From a virus: a stretch of DNA of 64,000 nt. Every line of letters starts with the position of its first letter. Position 1 is the stretch's first letter. The stretch is from IMG/VR virus record IMGVR_UViG_3300045988_131275, positions 1 to 64,000 of that record. One strand, given 5' to 3'. A program made the translations under genes and the position numbers. The notes beneath the pieces were generated by a model. It saw only the letters and a list, made by a program, of their open reading frames with translations, was not told the origin of the DNA and made no database searches. Shown here piece by piece: positions 28,587 through 36,226 of the stretch.

Positions 28587-28925
28587 TTACGAAGTCTCTC
28601 CATTGACTTCTTCAAGTGCTAGTTCAATACCTTCGGGTGTGATAAACGTGATTTGTCGATTTTTGTCACTAAAATCAACCGTAATTTTATCATTTATTGT
28701 TTTACATATTTCACCATATAAGTTTCCGTATGATGTGGGATACTTTCGCAGTCCCATATAGGAGAACTTTAACACACCGACACCCTCATATCCGATAGCT
28801 AATATTGCACTTGGTTCATCATATTTATTTGCTTTACTTATATATGGACGCGCATATCTGAATGAGAAACTTTTACCACGATATGACATTATTTCACGCT
28901 TACTATTTAATTTATCACGTTTCAA
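28587..28925 (-). CDS. Hypothetical protein (112 aa)
   Basis: ORF track only. It is the only credible minus-strand gene in this part of the late region. Confidence 0.45.
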   Translation of the reverse strand: MKRDKLNSKREIMSYRGKSFSFRYARPYISKANKYDEPSAILAIGYEGVGVLKFSYMGLRKYPTSYGNLYGEICKTINDKITVDFSDKNRQITFITPEGIELALEEVNGETS

Positions 28926-29282
28926 TGAAATTCATCTTTCATCTAATCGTTTTCGTCATTTTGCACAAAACACGTGTAAAAATACGTTGATTTCTCGTTG
29001 ATGATTTTATGATTTTTTATGCAATTTGACGAAAAATTTTATTGTATCATAAATTCGTGAATAAAATTTATAGATTTTCTTTTGTATGAGATATCACAAG
29101 TATATTCTCACCTTCTTATTTTCATAAATTACGTTTTTGTTCATCAATAATATAACTTCCAAAATTATTAGGGCAAATAGCAAGTAACTTAACATAATAT
29201 CATATTTTATATTCTCCTTTTGTTTTTCTGTATTGTAACTTAACACACATGAAAATTCATTAGGAGATTTTTTGGAAATTTC

Positions 29283-29310
29283 AAGACGTTCGCATAAACG
29301 TCTTATTTTT
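29283..29310 (+). terminator. Terminator-like hairpin 40 nt upstream of the DGR target gene
   Basis: AAGACGTT-CGCATA-AACGTCTT followed by ATTTTT. Confidence 0.5.
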
Positions 29311-29352
29311 ATGTAACAAAAAATTTTATTATTCAAAGGAGGATTTCTTTTT

Positions 29353-30246
29353 ATGAAGACTTTTAACGCTTCATCATTAAAAAATAAAAACTCTAAAACA
29401 AAACAGTGGGAAAAGATACCTACTTTAAAGGGTGAATCTGCCTATGAAGCTGCGGTAAGAACAGGTATGTTCTCTGGTACTGAAGCAGATTGGATTAAAC
29501 AGAACGGAAACGCAGGTGCTATTGCTACTGCTTGTCAAAATATTATTGGCGCAAATAACGCCGCAGCTCACAATTCTATCTATCGTGGCAAAAATCTAGG
29601 AACAGAATTTACATCAACAATGTCCACAAACGTCAAAAACGGTACATTTAAAGATATGTATTGTGGTGACTACCTTGTAATCAATGGAACTACATATAGA
29701 TTTATGGATTTCGATTATTTATACAAAACTGGTGACACATCTTTAGATACTCATCACATCTTAGTAGTTCCTGATGCACCAATGTACAGTCATGTGATGA
29801 ATGATACAAATACCACAGAAGGTGGTTATGTAGGTTCTAAGATGTATAAGTCTGGACTCGATCAGGCACTTGCAAAGATTAAGGCAGATTTTGGTGAAGC
29901 ACATATTGTCACTTATAGAAATATATTAGTTAATACTGTCTCTAATGGTACTCCTAGCAACTGGGCTTGGTATTCAAGACAGATTGACCTTATGAATGAA
30001 GAGATGGTTTATGGAACAAGAGCTTGGTCACAGGCTTCTCAAAATGGTTTTGATACTGGTGTAAATAAGTCTCAGTTGGCAGCATTCAAACATAATCACT
30101 CTCTTATATCATCTTGCAGATTATGGTATTGGCTCAGGGCGGTTCGCTCCTCTACGAGTTTCTGCCGTGTGGGCAGCCATGGTCATGCGGACAACGGCGG
30201 TGCTTCTAATTCTGGCGGGGTGCGCCCTTGCTTCCTAATCAGCTAG
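29353..30246 (+). CDS. DGR variable (target) protein, receptor-binding lectin-like fold inferred
   Basis: AGGAGG SD. The VR occupies the last ~35 codons. The C-terminal pattern WYW...F.C...G...VRP is typical of DGR variable proteins. Confidence 0.85.
   Translation: MKTFNASSLKNKNSKTKQWEKIPTLKGESAYEAAVRTGMFSGTEADWIKQNGNAGAIATACQNIIGANNAAAHNSIYRGKNLGTEFTSTMSTNVKNGTFKDMYCGDYLVINGTTYRFMDFDYLYKTGDTSLDTHHILVVPDAPMYSHVMNDTNTTEGGYVGSKMYKSGLDQALAKIKADFGEAHIVTYRNILVNTVSNGTPSNWAWYSRQIDLMNEEMVYGTRAWSQASQNGFDTGVNKSQLAAFKHNHSLISSCRLWYWLRAVRSSTSFCRVGSHGHADNGGASNSGGVRPCFLIS
30138..30233 (+). repeat. DGR variable repeat (VR)
   Basis: 96-nt alignment with TR 30889..30984. There are 17 differences and every one lies at a TR adenine (17 of 27 adenines). 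None of the 69 non-adenine positions differs. Confidence 0.9.
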
Positions 30247-30277
30247 TGTAGCGGAGCGAAACGCAGCGATCTTAAAT

Positions 30278-30298
30278 CTCCACCCCTTGTGGGTGGGG
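30278..30298 (+). promoter_or_regulatory. GC-rich hairpin downstream of the VR (DGR target-recognition-type hairpin)
   Basis: CTCCACCC-CTTGT-GGGTGGGG: an 8-bp stem (one G-U pair) in an otherwise AT-rich region, 45 nt after the VR. Confidence 0.6.
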
Positions 30299-30358
30299 TT
30301 AAGAGAGCAAGTGGAGTGAAGTGGAACGACAATTAAAAAGAACACAAGGAGGAACAGC

Positions 30359-30862
30359 GTGTCTGTTTTAGTAAAAGATAGGAAAAAGTCAAGTTTTGAC
30401 GTAGTTGTTAAAGCACACGAGCTAAGATTAGTCTTCACTACTCTTCTATTTAGAGACTTCGGGGTGCAGGATAAAAATGATGTAGTAAGACGCAAATATA
30501 AAGTACATATTGATGATCTATACCCATATGATGATATGTCACTATATATTAATGTGGCAAAAGATAAGATTTTAAAATTAATCTCAGATTTGTCAACTAA
30601 TGTTACAGCTGCGAATAGCATTTATCCAACAAATTTTGCGGAATGTGATTTACGCAGACAGTATCAAAACTTAGCAATCACTAATTGCTTCTCAACTATT
30701 ACTGAATTACAGTACATAGCAACTGTATTCAGAGTAGACATCAATAAATATACAGTATATGTAGATTTACTTAATGATGAAATTGATAGATTAAAAGGTT
30801 GGAGAAAATCTGACAATAAAATACGAAAGAAAATTGAAAAACAAAATACATTAGCAGCTTAA
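30359..30862 (+). CDS. avd: Avd-like DGR accessory protein (helical bundle)
   Basis: GTG start after AGGAGG. Sits between target and TR as in canonical DGRs. KAHELRLVFTTLLFRDF resembles Avd/four-helix-bundle N-termini. Confidence 0.6.
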   Translation: MSVLVKDRKKSSFDVVVKAHELRLVFTTLLFRDFGVQDKNDVVRRKYKVHIDDLYPYDDMSLYINVAKDKILKLISDLSTNVTAANSIYPTNFAECDLRRQYQNLAITNCFSTITELQYIATVFRVDINKYTVYVDLLNDEIDRLKGWRKSDNKIRKKIEKQNTLAA

Positions 30863-30888
30863 TTAAAAGCTTTTGGGTAATTTTTGAC

Positions 30889-30984
30889 AGCGGTTCAATC
30901 CTCTACGAATTTCTGCAATGTGAACAGCAATGGTAATGCGAACAACAACAGTGCTTCTAATTCTAACGGGGTGCGCCCTTGATT
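30889..30984 (+). repeat. DGR template repeat (TR)
   Basis: Read in the VR frame it is rich in AAY codons (A V Q S S T N F C N V N S N G N A N N N S A S N S N G V R P). Lies between avd and the RT. Confidence 0.9.
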
Positions 30985-31212
30985 TCGGTGCGTGTGTTAG
31001 AAACCGTGATATTCGGTGACACGTACCAGGAAGGAAGAATTATCCGTTCTATCATAAAGGTAGATAAAACATACAGTCGATGTGGCTATCTACGGATACA
31101 AACCGCCACTATAAACGACAGATAGTGTAAGTAAGTGTTTGTATGACTCTATATAGACAACTGCTTATGCGCTCTTCACAAGAGTCTAATATTAATTAAA
31201 AAAGGAAGTAAT
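30985..31212 (+). ncRNA. TR-to-RT spacer, presumed part of the DGR RNA
   Basis: Non-coding, locally GC-richer and self-complementary stretches. Function assigned by analogy with the BPP-1 DGR RNA. Confidence 0.4.
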
Positions 31213-32385
31213 ATGGAAAAATATAAAGATATTATGACGGATGCCAACAACATATATGAGGCATATCTAAGAACTATTAAATCAAGTAAATGGAAACCTG
31301 AAACACAGAAATGTATGTTAAATTTCTTAACTGTGATTAGCAAGAAAAAGAAAGAACTATCAGACCAAGATTATCAAACTCAAGAAGGCGGTGAGTTCTT
31401 TTTAAATGAACGTGGCAAAACAAGAGCCGTTTGTACAAAGAATATAGAAGATAGAATTGTACGACATGTTGCTTGTGATGAAATTCTTACTCCTGAACTG
31501 AAAAAGAAGTTGATATTTGAAAATGGTGCTTCTATTTCAGGCAAAGGTACAGATTTTAACAAAAGAATATTCGAAAGAGACTTACATAAATTCTATCGAG
31601 CCAATGGTTCAAATGGCGGATATGTGCTATTTATGGATTTCTCTAAATATTATGACAATATAATTCATAGTAAATTGCTCGAAGATGTGATGAAACATTT
31701 TGATGATGATTCATATCTCAAGTGGTTACTAGAAGATTTTATGAACTCATCTAACATAGATGTATCTTATATGGACGATAAAGAATATTCTGAATGTCTA
31801 TATTCTCTTTTCAATTCTATTGATTATCGTAATGCTAATTATCCAAAACTAGGCGAAAAATTTATGGAAAAGTCCTTAGAAATAGGTAATCAAGATTCTC
31901 AAATATTCGGTGTATTTTACCCTCATAGAATAGATAACTATATCAAATACGTGCGTAGTGAGAAATATTATGGTCGTTTCGCAGATGATTCATATATCAT
32001 ACATAAAAGTAAGGAACATTTACAGGATTTATTGCAGGATATAATTAAGATATCTAATGAATACGGCATTCATATTAATCTCAAGAAAACTCGTATCGTC
32101 AAGTTATCAAGTACATATAAGTTCTTGCAAGTCAAATATTCTTTAACTGATACTGGTAAAGTCATTAAAAGAATTAATCCAAAAGCCGTTACTAGAGTTA
32201 GACAAAAGTTAAAATCTTTTGCTAAGAAATTGGACGAAGGTGAAATGGATATTCAGACTATTCATAACTGGTATAAGTCATGGTTTTCCAATTATAAATC
32301 ATTAATGTCAAAGAAACAAAGGAAACACTTAGATAGGTTATACAATAAATTATTTATCAAAAATTGGAGGTATTCAAATGGTTAA
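31213..32385 (+). CDS. DGR reverse transcriptase
   Basis: RT motifs include LEIGNQDSQ (the IGxxxSQ signature of DGR RTs) and YGRFADDS (the YxDD box). Adjacent TR/VR pair. Confidence 0.9.
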   Translation: MEKYKDIMTDANNIYEAYLRTIKSSKWKPETQKCMLNFLTVISKKKKELSDQDYQTQEGGEFFLNERGKTRAVCTKNIEDRIVRHVACDEILTPELKKKLIFENGASISGKGTDFNKRIFERDLHKFYRANGSNGGYVLFMDFSKYYDNIIHSKLLEDVMKHFDDDSYLKWLLEDFMNSSNIDVSYMDDKEYSECLYSLFNSIDYRNANYPKLGEKFMEKSLEIGNQDSQIFGVFYPHRIDNYIKYVRSEKYYGRFADDSYIIHKSKEHLQDLLQDIIKISNEYGIHINLKKTRIVKLSSTYKFLQVKYSLTDTGKVIKRINPKAVTRVRQKLKSFAKKLDEGEMDIQTIHNWYKSWFSNYKSLMSKKQRKHLDRLYNKLFIKNWRYSNG

Positions 32386-32701
32386 TATTATTTTATCTGA
32401 TGGAACAGAGATTAAAAATCTGACCATTAATGGGACATGTTTAATTTCTGATACTGATGTAGCAAATGAACTGCTTACAGATGATAAGTTGCAGATTATT
32501 ACTATCAATGAGGTGGAATACAAGAATATCACACTTGCAAGAAAGTGGATTGATGAAGATAAGACTTGGATCGCATTAAGGGAAAAGACTCAGAGTGAGT
32601 TAGATAAGGAACGTATTGCTGAGTTGGAATCTGTTAATGCTGATCTTTCAGCAACTATTGATTCTATTTTAACAGAGATTATCCCATCTCTGGGGGCTTA
32701 A
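32378..32701 (+). CDS. Hypothetical protein (107 aa)
   Basis: Overlaps the RT stop. ORF track only. Confidence 0.5.
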   Translation: MVNIILSDGTEIKNLTINGTCLISDTDVANELLTDDKLQIITINEVEYKNITLARKWIDEDKTWIALREKTQSELDKERIAELESVNADLSATIDSILTEIIPSLGA

Positions 32702-32714
32702 TGGAGGTATTAAT

Positions 32715-32888
32715 ATGGACAAATTTATGTCAAGAATGATTGAAGAGTCTGCAAAAGAAAGTATTGAAGCAGGACAAAATAAATATAGAGCTTATTTTAT
32801 TAATACCAAATTATATGTCAAACATCAAGCAAAAGTAGATAAGAAACTTATTGCTGATGGATTTAAAGAAGTTATTGTAACAAAATAA
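32715..32888 (+). CDS. Small ORF (57 aa), hypothetical
   Basis: Not in the track. GGAGG lies 7 nt before ATG 32715 (MDKFMSRMIEESAKESIEAGQNKYRAYFINT...). Confidence 0.45.
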   Translation: MDKFMSRMIEESAKESIEAGQNKYRAYFINTKLYVKHQAKVDKKLIADGFKEVIVTK

Positions 32889-32894
32889 TTATAG

Positions 32895-32937
32895 CCACTG
32901 GATAGAATATACACTCTTCTATCCAGTGGTGTTTTTA
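32895..32937. terminator. Strong (bidirectional) terminator
   Basis: Perfect 13-bp stem CCACTGGATAGAA/TTCTATCCAGTGG, then GTTTTTATTT. Confidence 0.8.
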
Positions 32938-33291
32938 TTTATTGAGATTTAATAACTTATGTATATATGAATCAGTTTGAAGTACATCAGGGGTTTCATT
33001 GTCATTAATGACAACAAAATTGTTTGTTTCATTTTCAATGATTTTTCTGATATAATCAAATACATGCAAAGTATGTATGAAACTTTGCATCTGTTCATAT
33101 GTAATAACATGTACATCATCTGACATTTCAAATATAAGGATCTTTAGACCTTTTCGATGCTTATACATTTTGATGAAGTCATTAATTTCTTTTTCATCAG
33201 AAGTGTTAATTTCATCTACTACATAGCTTTCGATATGGTCAACCCTCATACAGAGTAACTTGATGTAATTTTTAATCTCGTATAACGCCAT
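32935..33291 (-). CDS. Hypothetical protein (118 aa)
   Basis: ORF track. GGAGGTGG SD upstream. Confidence 0.5.
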   Translation of the reverse strand: MALYEIKNYIKLLCMRVDHIESYVVDEINTSDEKEINDFIKMYKHRKGLKILIFEMSDDVHVITYEQMQSFIHTLHVFDYIRKIIENETNNFVVINDNETPDVLQTDSYIHKLLNLNK

Positions 33292-33426
33292 TATTTTCCA
33301 CCTCCTTTCTGGTCATGGTAGGGAAATTATATATGTAATATGATATAATTTCATTAGTAAACGATTGGTAAAAATGGAAATGAATGGTAAATAAAAGATA
33401 GATTTCATAACTTAAAGCAAATTATG

Positions 33427-33460
33427 AGAGTCTTGTGTCATAACAAGGCTCTTTATTTTT
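33427..33460 (+). terminator. Terminator-like hairpin 20 nt upstream of the endolysin SD
   Basis: AGAGTCTTGT-GTCATA-ACAAGGCTCT (one G-U pair) followed by TTATTTTT. Confidence 0.6.
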
Positions 33461-33481
33461 ATAGAAAAATGAGGTGATATT

Positions 33482-35173
33482 ATGGCAGAAATTAAAGGAA
33501 TTGATGTTTCCAGATGGAATGGCAAAATCGACTGGAAAACTGTTGCTAATTATGGAATGGGCTTCGCTATCCTAAGAATCACAGAAAAAGGAAATATTGT
33601 TGATAGCACATTCGAACCAAACTACAAAGGCTGCATTGAGAATAAGATTCCTGTTGGAGTCTATAAATACAGCTATGCTACTACTATTGCTCAGATTGAA
33701 GATGAAGCAAATGTAGTTATTAAAACATTGAATAAAAGAAAACTGGATTATCCAGTGTTTCTTGATATAGAGGATAAATGTCAGGAGAATTTATCTGACA
33801 GTTTAATGATGAAAATGATTGAAACGTTTAGAGCTATTATTGTCAAAGCTGGATATAAATTTGGTATTTATTGCGGTTATTCTTGGTATCAGAACCAGTT
33901 ACCAGAAGGTGCTAAAAAGTACGATGTATGGACAGCAAGATATCCGAGTAACGATACAGGAGAACTACAGGAAAGACTACGAGTTCCTGCTTCTAATGGT
34001 GTTATTGGCTGGCAATATAGCTCGAAAGCAACTATAAATGGTATTCCAACAAAAGTTGACCGTAATGTATTCTATAAAGACTATTCTAAATCCTCTACTT
34101 CTATAAACACATCTAATAATAACTCAAATAAAACACCACAAGGAAGTGATAATATGTCAAATAACATTATTCAAAACATAATTAATGATGCAGTATCTTT
34201 TGCTGTAGGAATCGCAAATGATAACTCTCATGGCTATTCTCAGGCAGTAAGAAGCCTTTACAATATTACAAATCCTAAGTCATTTGATTGTTCTTCTCTT
34301 TGCTGTACTGCTTATTATTACGCATTCTTAAAGAATGGATTAACAGCACAAGCAAATTATCTTAAATCTCATTGTAGTTATACAGGTAACATGCTTAATA
34401 TGCTCAATGTAGGTTTTGAAATTGTAGCTAGAAATCAGACTGCACACGCACAAATGCAGAAAGGTGATCTTGAGCTTAATGTAAATTATCATGTCGCTAT
34501 GGCGATTGATAAAGATAACATTGTACATGCAAGATCATCCGAGGGGACTACAAATACTATTGATGATTCTGGTAATGAGATTAAAACTCAGCCTTGGTAT
34601 AACTACTCACATGGATGGACTCATCGTCTGAGATTTACGGGCAAAGGACTCAATTTAAACAATGTAAAACCATCTACAACAACCTATAAAAAATGGGTGG
34701 GCGCAGCTACAAAAGATGGCACAGATGTATTTGCCAATCATACAGGAACAACAAAATTATCTACATATCCAAAGTTGAACAAAGGTAATTTAGTAGATGT
34801 AATTGGTGTATCTGGAACATGCTATCAAGTGAAAATTGCAGATAAATTTGTAGGATATGTTGAGAAATCCAATATTAAAAATCCTAACACAGTCGTTGCA
34901 AATACAACTACGAAACCGTCTACTTCTAATGCTAAAACTTATAATAAGAAAGAAAAATGGAAAGGAGTAGTAACTGCTAAATCTGGATTAAAAGTAAGAA
35001 AATCACCTGGTACATCAAAAACAGATTTAGAATGTTCCTTTAGTCCATTAAAATATAATACACCAGTTAGTGTATGTGACAGTACGACAGGTTCAGATGG
35101 TAATAAATGGTATTATATTTTCTACAAAGGTAAATATGGATTCTCTTCTGCCAAGTATATTAAGAAAAAATGA
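33482..35173 (+). CDS. Multidomain endolysin: GH25 muramidase, Cys/His amidase (amidase_5/NlpC-like), two SH3b-like domains
   Basis: IKGIDVSRWNGKIDWKTV...FLDIED... (GH25). SFDCSSLCC...NYHVAMAI...VHARS (Cys-His peptidase/amidase). Two C-terminal SH3-like repeats (YKKWVGAAT...GYVEKSNI; WKGVVTAKSGLKVRK...FSSAKYI). Confidence 0.85.
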   Translation: MAEIKGIDVSRWNGKIDWKTVANYGMGFAILRITEKGNIVDSTFEPNYKGCIENKIPVGVYKYSYATTIAQIEDEANVVIKTLNKRKLDYPVFLDIEDKCQENLSDSLMMKMIETFRAIIVKAGYKFGIYCGYSWYQNQLPEGAKKYDVWTARYPSNDTGELQERLRVPASNGVIGWQYSSKATINGIPTKVDRNVFYKDYSKSSTSINTSNNNSNKTPQGSDNMSNNIIQNIINDAVSFAVGIANDNSHGYSQAVRSLYNITNPKSFDCSSLCCTAYYYAFLKNGLTAQANYLKSHCSYTGNMLNMLNVGFEIVARNQTAHAQMQKGDLELNVNYHVAMAIDKDNIVHARSSEGTTNTIDDSGNEIKTQPWYNYSHGWTHRLRFTGKGLNLNNVKPSTTTYKKWVGAATKDGTDVFANHTGTTKLSTYPKLNKGNLVDVIGVSGTCYQVKIADKFVGYVEKSNIKNPNTVVANTTTKPSTSNAKTYNKKEKWKGVVTAKSGLKVRKSPGTSKTDLECSFSPLKYNTPVSVCDSTTGSDGNKWYYIFYKGKYGFSSAKYIKKK

Positions 35174-35209
35174 TTTTAGCTTTTTGCGGAAAGGATTGAG
35201 GGATATGAG

Positions 35210-35776
35210 ATGATTAGCACATTGAATGAAATAAATTCACAGGGGATATTTACAATTATCCTCTGTGTGGTATTAGTTCTTCTATTGATCGTAGAAGGTA
35301 CTAAACTGTGGAAAGGAACGCTTCAATCGCTTGACTTAAAGTCTGGTAAAGAATTAAGAGAAAATGCCGTAAACGAGCGATTAAGCACATTAGAAAGCGA
35401 ATTAGAAAATGTTAAAACAACATTTCTGGATAATCAAGAAACGTATCATGGACAGAGTATTGAAATTCGTAATAATCTCCAAGCAAATCAAGAGAATTTG
35501 AGCAATCAAATGACAGAACTGAAACAATTATTCATTAATAAAGAGATTGATGATATGCGTTGGGAAATGTTAGATTTTGCAAGTGCAATTATGAATCATC
35601 GTAGATGTAGCAAAGAACAATACGATCATGTTATTGATACATATGTGAAGTATGAACAGATACTTGAAGAAAATCATATGGAGAATGGGCGTGTTACTTC
35701 TTCTATGGAATTTGTAAATGATAAATATAAAAAATTAATGAGCGTTGGATTTGACCACGATAAATTAGAAAATTAA
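35210..35776 (+). CDS. Membrane-anchored coiled-coil protein (possible lysis accessory protein)
   Basis: N-terminal TM helix (GIFTIILCVVLVLLLIV). Position after the endolysin. Function not established. Confidence 0.5.
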   Translation: MISTLNEINSQGIFTIILCVVLVLLLIVEGTKLWKGTLQSLDLKSGKELRENAVNERLSTLESELENVKTTFLDNQETYHGQSIEIRNNLQANQENLSNQMTELKQLFINKEIDDMRWEMLDFASAIMNHRRCSKEQYDHVIDTYVKYEQILEENHMENGRVTSSMEFVNDKYKKLMSVGFDHDKLEN

Positions 35777-35783
35777 ATAATTA

Positions 35784-35821
35784 TAGGGTAATCAGATTAA
35801 TTTCTGGTTACCCTATTTTTT
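35784..35821 (+). terminator. Intrinsic terminator ending the late region
   Basis: 12-bp stem TAGGGTAATCAG/CTGGTTACCCTA, then TTTTTT. Confidence 0.75.
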
Positions 35822-35825
35822 ACGT

Positions 35826-36029
35826 TTACATACTAATTACAGGTATATAAACAAGATTTGCGTTCTTATTGTGACTATTCTTTAAAACAGCACGATATAA
35901 CATCATAGCTTCTTTTTCAGATATTACATTCCCAAAAGTATTGAATTTTACATTTGGATTTATACGATAAATTTCATTAATAAGATTTTCTGCATTACTA
36001 TTTTCATATTGTAATTGATTTGTATTCAT
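35826..36029 (-). CDS. Hypothetical protein (67 aa)
   Basis: ORF track; GGAGGTAAG SD. Flanked by two near-identical terminator modules. Confidence 0.4.
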   Translation of the reverse strand: MNTNQLQYENSNAENLINEIYRINPNVKFNTFGNVISEKEAMMLYRAVLKNSHNKNANLVYIPVISM

Positions 36030-36095
36030 AGCATCTTACCTCCATGCTTACATTATACAAACATTTGTTCTGCAAGTCAAGAGGATAAAATAATT

Positions 36096-36135
36096 TAGGA
36101 CAGTTGAGTAATGATACTCTTCTGTCCTATTTTTT
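36096..36135. terminator. Terminator module, a copy of the one at 35784
   Basis: TAGGACAG...CTGTCCTA, then TTTTTT. Shares AAATAATT-TAGG...CCTATTTTTTACGTTTA with the 35784 module. Confidence 0.6.
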
Positions 36136-36226
36136 ACGTTTATGAATTGTAAATAAAATAATACCCCACAGTATGATTTCTCACACCATGAGGTATTATA
36201 TATCGTTTGGACATTAATAGAACTCT

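Noticed and set aside
29094-29336. 80-aa minus-strand ORF upstream of the DGR target
   Set aside because: No SD. It overlaps the plus-strand terminator-like hairpin and the target gene's SD region, and its sequence is low-complexity. I treat it as non-coding leader or intergenic sequence, though a small membrane peptide cannot be excluded.
25823-30246. Invertible (Gin/Cin or shufflon-type) tail-fibre switching segment driven by the tyrosine recombinase
   Set aside because: Both fibre-head genes are complete, co-oriented and have their own starts. I found no long inverted repeats flanking the segment. The only inverted repeats are local hairpins (27363/27402 and 28463/28506).
31213-32385. Reverse transcriptase as a retron or group II intron RT (which could have explained the TMP interruption)
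   Set aside because: It has the DGR-specific IGxxxSQ motif and sits next to a TR/VR pair with adenine-only mismatches. There are no GUGYG 5' end, domain V-like hairpin or maturase/endonuclease domains here or at 1775/8322.
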